From: Felis catus
Lineage: Eukaryota
Length of the DNA: 64,000 nucleotides
Assembly (NCBI RefSeq): GCF_018350175.1
Contig: NC_058368.1
Coordinates: 25,298,001-25,362,000 of the forward strand
Direction: 5' to 3'
Part shown: piece by piece, positions 38,690 through 51,366 of the stretch
Layout: each line of letters opens with the position of its first letter
Numbering within the stretch: the stretch's first letter is position 1
Notes under the pieces: generated by a model
Told to the model about the DNA's origin: nothing
Database searches by the model: none
Seen by the model: only the letters and a program-made list of their open reading frames with translations
Position numbers and translations under genes: made by a program

Positions 38690-38855
38690 CATTTTCATTC
38701 ATGACATAATCATACTATACGGTATTTTAATTTGTTTTCCTGTCTCCCTGCTTAAGCTAGATCTTTCTTGAAGTCTATAGGTGTGCCTTGTGCAAACGTG
38801 CAGTCCCAGTACCTGACAGTATCTGGCATATAGAAAGTCAATAACTGTTTGTGGC
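38690..38855 (+). mobile_element. L2 3' end
   Basis: tcccagtacctgacagtatctggcatatagaaagtcaataactgtttgt. Confidence 0.65.
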
Positions 38856-39069
38856 AAGGAGGAGGAAAAGAAGAAAGGGAAAAGGGATAGGAGGGAGACT
38901 TGGAAGCTTATCATTTTAGTAGCACACTTTCTAAGGTCTGGTTAATACACTGAATGATAGAATCAGATCCATAAAATTTGAGCAGCCTGGAAGGGTGAGG
39001 CAAAGCCAGCAAGATGGAATTTAATATGGATCCACATAAATGAACTTACGTTTAGCAAAACAAAACAAA

Positions 39070-39071
<2 letters not shown>

Positions 39072-39113
<42 letters not shown>

Positions 39114-39169
39114 TACAGAATATAAAAGCTACCTTCAAATATACAGAATATAAAAGCTACCTTCAAATA
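39072..39169. repeat. (AC)n microsatellite followed by a perfect 28-bp tandem duplication
   Basis: tacagaatataaaagctaccttcaaata at 39114-39141 and 39142-39169. Confidence 0.95.
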
Positions 39170-40369
39170 TTTGTAGCTCGCAATGGAGCAAATCTATTGT
39201 GAGCAGCTCCAGAGAGCAGACCTGGAAAGGCTGGTTGAAAGCCCAAGGGAGGAAGATTTAGCAGAAGTCTGTGTAATTTCTTACGTGCTAAATACAGTGC
39301 CTCGCATGTAGAAATAGTGTCTGTGATCCTTCTTATCGTTATTACCAGCATCATCGCCATTATTTATAATATTTATAAGAACTGTCCAACAGTCAGCCTC
39401 AGGAAGCACTGAGCCCCCATCCCAGGAAATCCAAGGTTATCATTGGGTAGCCACCTGTCTGGGATGTTTGTCAACCTGATTCCTAACCCCTGGTCTCCCT
39501 TTCTCCATAATCCTGTGATTGGAAGAACAGTGTTCTGTATATCCTGGATAGTGAAAACCACAGACACAATCCCTGGCTGAGCAAACTGTCTTTTATATAA
39601 AGAAGCTTTGGCACTCCCCACATTTGTTACAGTGTGTCTGCTTCAAGCAGCCCCTCCAAGAATCCTCTTTGATGTTGAAAAAGTAAAATCGCTTTGTGTG
39701 AAAGCTCCTTTAATCTTAGATAGATACAAATGCCTTGTATCTTTGGGAACATGCCAAACTGCTCTTCGTATTTCAGAATTAATCTCATTAAAGAAATCTC
39801 TGTTTAATCCCCACTGCTGTTTGCCAGAGATGTTGAATAATTCCACACCTGTTCCTACTGCCTCTGTGCTGTGCTCCCTTCCTGGACTTGGTGTTGTCCA
39901 AGAAAACGCATCGGTGGGTGCAGGCTGGATCATGGCATTCCCATGTTTTGTTTAATGCTGTCATTGTAGAAATGTTCCTTTAGACATTCCTTATCTCATT
40001 TTCTTAGTCTGAAGAAAGGAAAGAAAAGGAAGGGGTAGCTCGCCTGTTATGAAAAATAACAAATAAAATAATGAAGTTGCTTCATTAATTATCCATTTCG
40101 ATATAAACTTATGATAAACCATCAGTATTGCTAAGGAAAATGCAGTCTGTATAAGATAACAAGCAGTTGTCTCTTCCCAAAGAGTATAGGAAACGCTTGA
40201 CCGGATTACCTGCTTTGTAAAACACATTTTGTGTATCAATGTCTATTTTACATACGTAGAGATCAGTCAAATGAAATGATTGACATCCTCTCTCTCAATA
40301 CAAATTCTGGATCTCCTCCACTAGGAGCCATCAGCGAATGATCCCAAGTTAGAACCGTGTGAAATAATC

Positions 40370-41110
40370 ACTCATCTATTCATTTCAACAAATACTTATT
40401 AACCTCCTCCTATGTGCCAGGCATTATTCTAGGTGGCAGAAATCTAACGGCAAACAAAAGTGAGCAAAATTTCTATCCTCCAGTACACAGATCAATAAAC
40501 ATGATACAAATGTTATGAAGAAAATAAAACAACGTGAGAAGATACATAGTGATTTGGGGTAAGGGTGGGAATGGGGGCAATTTTAGATCGGTGACCCAAA
40601 GGAGGCCTCACTGGAGAGGTGACATTTAAGCTGAAACTTAAGGAGGAGGAGTCAAGCATTTGAAGATCTGGAAGAACTTTCCAGACAATGGGAAGGGCTG
40701 GGTGGGAAGAGGCTGTACCATGGAGAGCAAGGGGAAGAGTGGAGTTCCAGGAGGGTGAGAAAGCAAGCAGGAGCCAACATGGGCAAGCCTTGGAAGCCTC
40801 TGAAAGCCTCTGAAACCACCGTAGGGTTTTAACCGCTGGAGCGACATGATCCAATTTATGTATTTAAAAGACTGCCTCTGAAGAATAGATTATCAGAAAG
40901 CAAGGGCCAAAGCACAGAGGTAGCTGTAGGAGATGGTGGTCTACACAAGGGTGAGCACAGCGGAAGTGGACAGAAGAATGGATTCGGGACACTTCTTGGA
41001 AGACAGGGCCAAGAGGACTTAATGATTGGTTAGCGGACTTGGGAGGGCGGAAGAGGGAGGAATCAGGGATGACTCGGAATGTCTACCTCTGAGCAAGTAC
41101 GTGAATTATA
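40370..41110 (-). mobile_element. L2
   Basis: ttcaacaaatacttattaacctcctcctatgtgccaggcattattctagg reverse 3' end and body. Confidence 0.8.
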
Positions 41111-41111
41111 C

Positions 41112-41650
41112 CAGGTTCCCAAACTTTCTCCGTCCGTGGCGCCTTTAGCGCCTCAGTGAATTTTTCCTGTCGCCCCCCTCCACCAAAAGAAATACAGGTT
41201 TCATTTATCAGTTATATCCAAATAACTGGATAAATATTGCGTTGTGTCTTTATGTCACATAGTTATGTCACAACTTCCTCCAGAAACTGAAAGAAAAAAT
41301 AATGCCTTTATTTCATTTTTGAATGGCCATGATGACTCTCTAACAGAATGTGTGTGCCCACTGGGCACTGAGTGACTTCAGTCTTGGAATCATTAGACAC
41401 AGCCACCCTCCTTTTCTACTGCACACTGCTTTTTACATGGTCCTTGCTTTTCATCTCAAAGACAGCCAAAAACCCCGCGTTGCAAAATATGCCATCATTA
41501 AAAGGGATGGAGCATAATCAAAAATTAGGTATGCATACAATATCCAGCAGATGCCGAGCTGTTCTCTTCAAAAATTTAAAATCTACTGCAGTATCCCTGG
41601 GGGTTCTCTGCAATTCCCAGGGACTGTCCATGCTCAGAGTGGTCAAGCCA
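41112..41650 (+). mobile_element. hAT-Charlie DNA transposon relic (Charlie4a-like)
   Basis: caggttcccaaactttctc...ggcgcctttag...ccaaaagaaatac...tcttggaatca...gacacagccaccctc follows the recalled Charlie4a consensus. Confidence 0.75.
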
Positions 41651-42133
41651 TTTTGTCCCATGGGTGGGGGGGGGATGGAAAGGGAGGTGGTATAGGGAGG
41701 GCTGCTTGGGTTTGATTTCCATGGTGAACATTCGAGGAGAGCTACTGACCAAGGAAGGTTAATGAAGAAACACACTGTACCACAAAAGTAAACTATGCCA
41801 TATTTAGCATAGGAAAAATATCCATTTTCCAGTATTCTTAGGGAAGGAGGTTTTCTCCAGCTAATTTTCTGAGTAAGAGCTAACCAGAAAGTTTTTTTCT
41901 TTCAGCTGTTCTTATTGAAAACTATCTTGGCTTGGATTGAGTTCACTCCCTGACATTGTAAGTACTGAGCCATGAGCGTGGTTGAACATAACTGCATTGT
42001 TCTGGGTCCTGAAGGCCGCATGGCCATGATTGCCGATAATTCTTACTGCCCTCCCTGTTAGACACACTGTGATCCCAGAAACAGCAATATCAAATGGATC
42101 TTCACAAAATGGATTTTGTTTTCCTAAAGTAAC

Positions 42134-42346
42134 TTTTTAAAAAAGGTTTATTCATTTTTGAGAGAGAGAGAGAGAGAGAGACATCTGCGTGAGCAAGGGA
42201 GGGGCAGAGAGTGAGGGGACGGAAGATCCAAAGCGGGCTCTGTGCTGACAGCTGCGAGCCCCACACAGGGCTCAAACTCACAGACCATGAGATCATGACC
42301 TGAGCCAAAGTTGGACAGTCAACTGGCTGAGCCACCCAGGTGCCCC
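42134..42346 (-). mobile_element. Can-SINE
   Basis: TSD about ttcc...agtaactt. Confidence 0.9.
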
Positions 42347-42444
42347 TTCCATAGTAACTTCTAAGAGCATTGCCTTTCCCATCAAGGACACCGCATCAGA
42401 TAATTCCTAGATGTGACCACCAAATATAAAGGCAAGATTAAAAC

Positions 42445-42795
42445 GTCTTATCCACAAATTCCGTAATCCAGAAAAAGCTCTGAAAACTGAAAACTTTGAG
42501 AAATTTGTGGCAAACTCCTCTGGCCACAAAGCCTGAACTGCTAGAACTCGGTTCAAAGCAAAATCCAACCTAAACTGATGTGGGGCGACTAACCGTTTCT
42601 CTTTATCCCACCTGTTGTGAAAATGTCCATGTTTTGCTATAGAAATACTAATGAGACTCACTGCAGGCTCCTGCCCCCTCGCCCCCGCAGGGCTGATGTG
42701 TATTTAGGATACAGTCACCGTAAGGACAGCCTAAATCAGCAACAAACCTGAAAGCCACAACGCACCTGGCCCTAAGGGTTTGACTAAGGGACGGT
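42445..42795. mobile_element. Tigger-family MITE (MER46C-like)
   Basis: ttatccacaaattccgtaatccagaaaaagctctgaaaac ... ctggccctaagggtttgactaaggga with roughly inverted termini. Confidence 0.6.
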
Positions 42796-43559
42796 CTTTG
42801 GAAACATAGGGCCAGAAGGAAGGAACCTAGAGCCCTTCTAGGCCAATCCACTGCATTACAAATGAGACAGGAAGCCTAGACACAAGTGGGAGAACATATT
42901 CAAAATCACATATCCAGTTTGGAGCTCAGCCAAGATAGTGCTATTCCTCCCGCCATTGCTGCCTACGGCCCCATCAGGCAGGCAACCTCCGCATGGGCTC
43001 CCATGAGCCGAGAACGCAGGTCCCCCGGCACATCAGAAGTGTCGACGGGCCACGCCAGAAATACACTTCTACTGAGATCCTAAATTGAACTAGCTGAAAA
43101 TGAATATGTCATCTGTTGTAACGTGTCTCAATAACCCCACTCTGTGTCTCATGACATCAGAGATTGGAGGGAGGTCAATGCAAAGGCCTTCTATATGGCT
43201 CTCAAAATTCACTCCAGAAAACTTTTAACTGGGGATGCCTTTCCATCTAAATGAACTTCCCTGTAGCAAATAGAAACTCTAAATATTATTATTTTTTTAT
43301 TCTTTTAAGTAACTGCCATTAGGGCCTCTCCGTATTTAAGGGAATCGCTAAGAATTTGAGCTGTCAAGACCAAAAAGATGAAATACCTTTCTCGTCTCTT
43401 TGCGGTGTGGTTTAGACTTGGAATTGGACGGACCTAGTGTGGGGGATCACACTGTGTCCTAAGGCCAGTTAGAACCTCTGGGAGCCCTGGTTTTCTAAGC
43501 TGAAAAATGGGATAATAACACTTTACCTGAATTTTGTGACTCTTTAAATTTTAAATAAC

Positions 43560-43790
43560 GGGGGCCCCTGGGTGACTCAGTCGGTTAAGTGTCCAACTTC
43601 GACTCAGGTCATGATCTCACAGTTCATGGGTTTGAGCCCCACATTGGGCTCTGTGCTGGCAGCTCAGAGCCTGAGCCCGCTTTGGCTTTGGAGTCTGTGT
43701 CTGCCTCTCTCTCTCTCTGCTCCTCCCCAGCTTGTGCTCTGTCTCTCTTTCTCAAAAATAAATAAACATTTAAAAAATTTTTGTTTAGTT
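43560..43790 (+). mobile_element. Can-SINE inserted in a MIR
   Basis: Full length; TSD about ttttaaataa. Confidence 0.9.
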
Positions 43791-44039
43791 TTAAATAATG
43801 CAAAATACCTTATTCTGTCCTAGGCACTTAGGAGATGCTCAGTAAAACCCCACTCCCCCGGCCTCCCTCATCTCACCCTGTTTTATCACAGAGAATGATT
43901 GTTTAACCTGGGATGGGGAAGTGGGTGCTGAGCACTGAAGCCAGTGCCCGGAGAAGTGCTGTCCTCCAAAGAGTACAGTCTCTCAACCCGCATGATAGTC
44001 CACTCGGGGAAAGAACACTCCTCTGCAATGGCACGCCTG

Positions 44040-44215
44040 TGTCCAAATCCTAGTTTGGCAACATTTCACTTGTCTGACCTTAACCAAGTCATTTGATTTC
44101 TCTGAACCTGAGTGTTGTCTGTAAAACGGAGATAATCGTGTTTGTCGCTCAAGGACGCCGTGACGAACAAATTCAATCGGGCACGTTTACTGGTTTGGCA
44201 ACTCAAAGCATTATA
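44040..44215 (+). mobile_element. MIR
   Basis: tgaccttaaccaagtcatttgatttctctgaacctgag...tctgtaaaacggagataat. Confidence 0.7.
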
Positions 44216-45349
44216 CAAATCTTTGGAGCCCAGAGAAGCAGAAGAGAAGCACCCCAGATCTAGAAACGGGAGAACACTGTCCCGATTTAAACAAAAGGAG
44301 AAGATAAGGCAGATGTGGCCAGTTATATCCCAGTGAGTTTGATACTGATGCTGGGCGCAATTCTAGGGCATTTCCTGTAAGGGTTTCGGGAGCACTTTGG
44401 AGAGGTGAGCAGCACGGATTCCTGGAGAACAAGTCACGTGCCATCCCTCAGAAAAGTGGGGAGATCTTGAGGGAGGGGAAGTCCCCGGGAGCCAAAGAGG
44501 AGGGGCCCAAAAAGTAGAGAGAAAAGTGGCTTCAGAGAGACAAGAAGCAGAAGGTGGCCTCCAGGAACACAGTGGGAGGGGCCTCCTGAGTCAAGGGGCG
44601 GGGCTCAGAGAGCCAAGGGGAGGAGCCTCTGGGAGCTGAGCCCCTCAGAGAGCAGAGGGGGAGGAGCCTCGATCGAGGGAGTCCTCGATGCCCAGAGGAC
44701 AAGCTTTAATCTTTCAGACCTTCTCATTTTTTTTTTCAGCCAAAAATGTTTGTAGTAAGAGCCTCTTTCTCCCACTTCACTTCCTTTTTGATGCTCAGGA
44801 AAAAAAAAAAACAATTTCCTGTAAACTACTTTTTGTCGCTGTGACCCTCTAAAGATTGTGAACCCTTCTGTTTCCCTTAAGCCCTGAGCCCCATTTCCTC
44901 CTCTGTAAAGAGGGATGATGGCGCCTGCATTGGGGGTTGTTGCGGGAGGCTAAGGGGACCCCGCACGGGGGCTGACTGGAAATGCTCATCCCCTTCCCCC
45001 AGCCTCTCCTGGCAGAGCAGACTTGGCTGGTGGCCTTGCGGCTCTCTGGTTTGACATTTGTATCGCTGCTTTGGATGAAGACACACATACTAGGAAGCTG
45101 GGAGAGTTAAGAAATGACTGGCAGTCAGTCCCATAAAAGGCTATTGGGAGGAGTTATACTGGAGAAAACAGTGAAGGGCCGATGAGACAGAAAAGGGATA
45201 CACCTCCTGGAGGGGAGCTCTGCACACACTGACAGAGCTGAGGGTTAAGTGTCCTCAGACCCACCACACTCCGTTGGAGAGATCACTGCCTTCACACGGG
45301 GCCCCGGGCTCCGGACAGGCAGGGATCAGGATTCACATCTCCATGCCAT

Positions 45350-45835
45350 AAATACGTATTATTTCCTACCAAGTGCTCGGCATGGTTCTAGGGCACTCGG
45401 CCCAATCAGTGAGTGAAACCAAGCTCCCTGCCCTCAAGGAATTCACATTCTAGTGAGAGGAGAGAGACAATGCACATAATAAATGAATAAAGTGCTTAAT
45501 ATGTTAGAAAGTGATAAATGCTCTGGAAGAAAAAGGTAAAGTGAGAGCAGGTTAGGGGACATCAAAAGTGCCGGAGTACCTGGGGAACGGGCCCCGGGGA
45601 CAGTAGAGCAAAGGCCTCGGGTGGAACAGTGCCTGGCAATGTTAGGCCCGAGGCTGAGGCCAGGATGGCAGGGGTGGAAGGAGGAAGAGAGCAGGAGGAG
45701 GCAGGTGGGAGAGGTGATGGGGGGGGCCAGTCGGGAAGGACCTGCAAGCCTGAAAGGGCTTTGGCTTTCGATGCAAGATGCGAGCCATTGCAGGCTTTGG
45801 TGCAGAGGGGTGAGGTGGCAGGACTTAGGTTTGGG

Positions 45836-45866
<31 letters not shown>

Positions 45867-46420
45867 GAGAGAGAAAAAAAAAATGCAAGCGTGGGAGGGC
45901 CAGAGAGAGAAAGAGGGAGACAGAGAATCCCAAGCAGGCTCCACGCTGTCAGCGCAGAGCCAGAGGAGGGGCTCGAACTCACCAACCATGAGATCATGAC
46001 CGGAGCTGAAATCAAGAGTCAGACGCTTAACTGACGGAGCCACCCAGACGCCCCAGGACTTAAGTTTTAAAAGCTGGCGACCTGTGGAAAAGACACCTGC
46101 TAGGAAGTGCCTGCAGTAGTCGAGGCAAGATGTGATGCTGGGCAGACCAGGGTGGGAACATGGGGCGCGTGAGGAGTGGGAGATCCTTTGAAGGAGGAGC
46201 CAGCCCGGCTTCCTGGTAGATGGGATGCAGGGTGAAGAAGAGAGAAGAAATGACTCCACGGGCTCTGTCAGCACCTGAGGGGTCTGGGGAGGACGAGCAG
46301 GATCTGAGTTTGGGCACCAAGTCTGAGGTGTCTCTTAGATGTCTGAGCAGAGACGCCAAGAAGGGAGTTGGGGGTCCGAGCCTGGGGCCCGGGAGAAAGG
46401 TCTGACTGCCACCTCCAAAC
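45350..46420 (-). mobile_element. L2, interrupted by a SINE
   Basis: tccctgccctcaaggaattcacattctagtg...; purine-rich body. Confidence 0.75.
45836..46054 (-). mobile_element. Can-SINE
   Basis: TSD aggacttargttt. Confidence 0.95.
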
Positions 46421-48896
46421 GCTCCCAAGACTGTCACGGGGAAGGGAAGTGAGAAAAGTGAGGAGGGCTGGGATCCAAGATTCAGTCCGAGGGCTGCTGA
46501 ATCGCAGCCACGTGAAAATGGAACTAGCGGCCTCAGAAAGGCTGTCCCGTGTTTATAGACAACAACCTCGTGAAATCATGGCTGAGAGTCGGAAAACAGA
46601 CTGACCCGCTATGTGGGAGGGAGGTTCTGTCCTGGCAGACACAACCACCACCATAAAATGAGGATGTTTTACCTCAGACGCCGGGTCTCGAGTTGCCAGT
46701 TACTGTTCATTTCCACCTGACGGCTTTTCTTAGAAGTTTCCAGGAGAATTAAAGGGAGAATGTGAGGATGCAGCAGCCTGGGCCTTTTCACAAGGCCTGA
46801 TGAGAAAATGGAAAGAAAAGATTCTTAAGCCTAAATGACAGGCTGCCTTTGGAAAATGCATTCTGGGCCGTCCGGGGGATGGGGCGATTCTGACCTTTTA
46901 TCTCAAGCAGCTAAAAAAATAGGAAAGGTAGGAGATCCCTGAAGTGTTAAGCATGCCCTTGATGGAGTGGCTGGTGCTTACATATGGCTCCTTCGCTCCC
47001 AGGATGAGGCCGGGCATCCCCGTCCCCAATTCCTCTCCTCTTACCCAGCCCCTTCCTTCTCCCTCTGGTTTAGGGAGCCAGGGCCAGGAGCGCACGGGGG
47101 TCGGAAGTGAACAGCGACAGTTAACTGACACGTTCAGCTTTTAAATCAAAGTAAGCCTGGGGAGGCTCCTTTAAAGCAGAAGAGTCTCCCGTAGACATCA
47201 GTGTGAGCCCCGAAGTTTTCCCACAGCTCACCCTTTGCCCCAAAGGCCATCTCCTCCACCCTGGTGTGTGCGATTTACACCCCACCTCCTCCAAAAGGCG
47301 TCTGAGGTAGCCTGGGTGAGAAGACACGCAGGAAGATCACTGTATGAACCACAGAGCGGTGAGTGGCAGAGGCAGGAGACTCTCTACTGTTTCTAGGCTG
47401 TCTGGTAAATGGCCGCAAGAGCGCTCCCTTCTGGAGCCTTTGATCCTCTCGCGTTCCCGTCACCACCCAGCCCAAAATGTGTAATAATGACTTCTAAAGC
47501 TCTCCAGCCCCTGACTCTGCCCTTAACTTTTTCTACCTTGTCCTCTCTCTGCCAGGTCAGTTTTCTGGGCCCCGGGTGGGTCTGCTTCCTCCCCACCCTC
47601 CCCAACCTTCTAAAATACCAATCTATCTATGAGGCCTGTCCTCTTCGCTGTCCCCACTCCTGCAATCCATTCCTTTGTAGGCTGACATTTTGTGAAGCTG
47701 TCTGTCAGAGGGCGGGTTGTCTGGAAACGGGTTCCCAGATGCGGACCGTTGAGGTGCAACCAGTAGAAATATAAGCCTGAGAAAGGGCGGGGAAGGACTG
47801 GCGGAGGGAATGGTCTTGTGGACCGGGCGGGCAAGCCTGCCTGTCAAAGCTGACCTGCCTGAGTCGGCCTGACTTTCTTGGATGACTTCTGGAAGGCAGC
47901 TCTGCAGCCGAGGCAGCTCCTGAGAGACGGGGCGGCCGGAGGCTGTCTGTAGACCACAGTCTCCACAGCCGGCAGCAAGTCCTTTGAAAGGGGGTCTGGG
48001 TAGCACCCCCTCGGTTCACCACACTGCCCCAGGCTAATCCTATCAGAATCTGATCATCTAAGGGCTCTAGCAACCCTAAAAGTAGATAAACAAGCCCACG
48101 GGCCCACTATGAATGTCTTTACACGTCGGTCTTCCTATTTTGGGCATCGTGGTGCACACATGTTAGCAAGTGATCCTGTGATCTCAGCGCTGGTTCCCGA
48201 AAACAGAGCTTCCTGGTCTAAGATCTGAAAGAAAGGTAGACTGAGATATTTATCCATTAAATCCCTAGAGCAAACAGGAAGGTTCTGGGCAGTTTGCTTC
48301 CTTCAACTCATTCCATTGTGCAGAATGAATATTACCCTTTTTAAAACTTTGGGACACGCTGCTCTGGAGCCATCTATTCTTGCCCTTGACTCAGTCACCG
48401 GTCACATATTTATTGGACGTTTACCGAGCACCGGGCGTTAAGCTAACCACTGGAGGTAGAGCGGGGAACAGGTCACGTAAGGTCACTGCCACTGAGACAC
48501 AGCGTAGTAGAAAAGAAAGGCTGGACAAGCAAACACAGAAACATAATCAGAAACAGTGTAAGCGCCACAGGAGAGGCTAACGGGGTGGGAGAGGATGGAC
48601 GGAATGGCAAGACAAAGGCTTCACGGCTGCGTGCAAGCTGGGGCGTAAAAATAACTGTTTGCTGAGTAAACTCACCGCGGGTGTGCCTTCCAGCCGAAGA
48701 GGCCGTGCCTGTGGTGGCCGTGACCACGTGCCCGGCAGACCTCCAACTAGAAGGGCCTTTGCTGACCAAGGCCCGGCCACTGTGCCTGTAACCACCCTGC
48801 CCGTACCTCTCCCACTGCGCGTGTCTTTTTGTGTCTAGAAACCTGTTTGCATGACTCCTCTTCTCACCAGATTTCAAGCTCCTGCGAGCCATTCTC

Positions 48897-49104
48897 TTTT
48901 CCTGTTTTCCTGCTTATTTATGTTGAGAGGGAGAGAGCGAGCGAGAGGGGGAGGGGCAGAGAGAGGGAGAGAGAGAATCCCAAGCAGGCTTCACGCGGTC
49001 AGCGGAGAGCCCCACGCGGGGCTCCAACTCACGGACCGTGAGATCATGACCTGAGCTGAAATCCAGAGTCGGATGCTGAACCGACTGAGCCCCCCAGGTA
49101 TCCC
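48897..49104 (-). mobile_element. Can-SINE
   Basis: Reverse head and AG tract. Confidence 0.9.
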
Positions 49105-49526
49105 AACATCCTCTTCTTGATTATTGTGGTAACAAATATTTCTTGATGAATAACTAAGTCTCCTCTGATGACTGTACCGTTAAACGCCGAATCACTCCTT
49201 CACTCTCCAGCCCTCCAGGCTCACTTCATATTGGGCAGTAATTGCAAAGGTGTTGCCTTCAGGTGTGATCTCTCCTACCCGTTCCTGGAGGGTAAAACCT
49301 CTGTTCCCCTTTTTGTGCCTTTTCACGGGCCGCTCTATACCGACGTGCACATCCAAAGGGCCACCCAAACACTCCTGAATGAAATGAGCGAACACGAATG
49401 GATATAAATCAATATGCAGTAGCGATTACCGACTAATGGGACTTGATTCCTCTCTTGGTTACCAGGATGGCGAAGTGACCGCCTGCGGCTTGCTGCAGGG
49501 TTTCATCTACTTAATGCTGCCCCAAC

Positions 49527-49848
49527 ATGTCTGCTGAAGATGATCAGTCATCAAGACGAACATCACCCCTTCGCTCTGCCGCAACGTCCCAGAATTCCAC
49601 ACAGACCATATCTTCGGAGGGGGAGATCGAGGAAGAAGAATGTTCGGAGAAAGACTATCTATTTCCTGAAGAGGAAGAGTATCTGGAAGAGGAGGAATAT
49701 CTGGAGGAAGACGACTACCTGGAGGAGGAAAAGTTGCTGAAGGGGAAGGCGTACCTGTATGGAGAGGGGTATGCGAAGGCGGGAGAGCATCTACAGGAGG
49801 AAAAGGACCTGGAAGAAGAGTATCTGTTGGGAAAGTATCTGGAAGACG
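49527..49848 (+). CDS. ERICH6B: ERICH6B first coding exon (Glu-rich EEEEYL repeats); exon starts at 49466
   Basis: MSAEDDQSSRRTSPLRSAATSQNSTQTISSE followed by EEEEYL repeats resembles recalled human ERICH6B ([30 protein letters not shown]...EEEEYL). Acceptor tctcttggttaccag| at 49465; consensus donor ACG|gtgagt at 49848/49849, phase 1. Confidence 0.85.
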
Positions 49849-49957
49849 GTGAGTATCTGGACGAGGGAGAGTATCTGAAGGGAAAAGAGTAGGTGTGTGA
49901 AGAAGAGTATCTGGGACGGGTATGCGGAAGAGGGCCTTCTAAAAGATAGCAACTGGT

Positions 49958-50177
49958 GGGGCGCCTGGGTGGCTCAGTCGGTTGAGCGTCTGACTTCAGC
50001 TCAGCTCATGATCTCACGGCCTGTGAGTTCGAGCCCCGCGTCGGGCTCTGTGCTGACAGCTTGGAGCCTGGAGCCTGCTTCCGATTCTGTGTCTCCCTCT
50101 CTCTCTGCTCATGTTCTGTCTCTGTCTCTCTCTCTCTCTCTTTGTCAAAAATAAACATTTTTTTTTAACAAAATTTT
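49958..50177 (+). mobile_element. Can-SINE
   Basis: TSD aaaagatagcaactg. Confidence 0.95.
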
Positions 50178-50419
50178 AAAAGATAGCAACTGTCATCCAC
50201 CACCACGCCCAGGGAAAAAAGATCAAGCTTGAGATAGAGCCGAGGCTCAATCTGTCAATCCGGCCCTCAGTGCCGACAGGTAGGAACACTCATTCCTGAC
50301 CAGGTTCTCCCAATCTCAATAGCTGGGTCCCCAAGAACGGTGCCCACAGAGCAGAGAGGCTTAACGAACATGAAGCACCTATTCATAAACAAAACGAGCA
50401 GAATATAGCCCATAACTTG

Positions 50420-50960
50420 TATCTTTTCCTTTTTGCACAAATAACACGTATTTATTGTGGACGTTAGGGAAACTGTATATGAGCGAAACAAAGAAAGCAA
50501 AAATCCCTCCCATCCAGAGGGGAATAATCACTTTCCCACTTTGGTTATACCCTCACCAGGCTTTATAAAGTGTTTGTAACCTACTTTTTTAAGGTACATT
50601 TATTTATATATTTATATATTGCAATCACACATAAATATATACTTCTAGGAATATCATTTCATGTTATTAAATTTTCTCCAAATCATTTTAATAGCTGCAT
50701 TGCACTGGATTGTATTTGCAAGCCGTAATATTTTCAATCGATTCCCTACTATTATTATTCATTCATTTCTACTCATTACGTTTGTTTTCCAAACAGCATT
50801 TTGAGAAACATCCTTAGAGCTCAATTTTATCAATGACCTCCAATTACTTCCTAGAATACATCCCACAATCTGTTGCTAGGTCAACAGACACTAGTATGCT
50901 TCTCAGGGTACCCAGTAGGTCCCCGGAAGGCATCATCTTACTCTGCCGGTGAGTATTTAA
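50420..50960. mobile_element. ancient L1ME-like fragment
   Basis: AT-rich text such as tttaatagctgcattgcactggattgta and ttcctagaatacatccc. Confidence 0.5.
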
Positions 50961-51286
50961 CTCTGGAGTGATTTCTCTCATCCTGGGGCTGACACTTTTC
51001 CAACACGGTTCCCACAACTGGCACCTGTTCCTTAAACTGGGCTTTATTATTTGGCCCTGGCCTCCCTGTGCCGTTGCTGGCAGCGGCTGATACGCACTTT
51101 CTCGCGGGCCTGCGCGGGGCCTTCCCTTGCTGACGTGACTGCTTGGCCTTATATATCCAACCACGTTCAGAAAGCTAAACATCCAGGTCTTCTGCATCAT
51201 CTTACTGTTGACCTAGAAATAGAACTACATTATTTTTCTGGATCTGGTTCCATTACCCACTGCAAGCACCTCAGGCAGCTTGATTT

Positions 51287-51366
51287 TGTGTTTTGTGTTT
51301 TGTGTTTTCTGGGTTTTGTTTTTGTTTTTTTTGGTTTCTTGTTTGTTTGTTTGTTTGTTTGTTTTT
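51287..51366. repeat. (TTTG)n-type simple repeat
   Basis: Read directly. Confidence 0.85.

Noticed and set aside
39163..39955. Minus-strand peptides with LRR-like words (VPKDTRHLYLS, RLTNIPD, LYLARKKL)
   Set aside because: No regular LRR periodicity, the words are split over separate short ORFs, and the last overlaps a MIR/L2-like tail. A tblastx search would settle it.
42667..42719. Possible second 5' UTR exon (ctgcag|...ACC|gtaagg)
   Set aside because: It lies inside a Tigger-type MITE and has no independent support.
45443..46274. Long overlapping ORFs up to 190 aa
   Set aside because: They lie entirely within L2 and SINE sequence.
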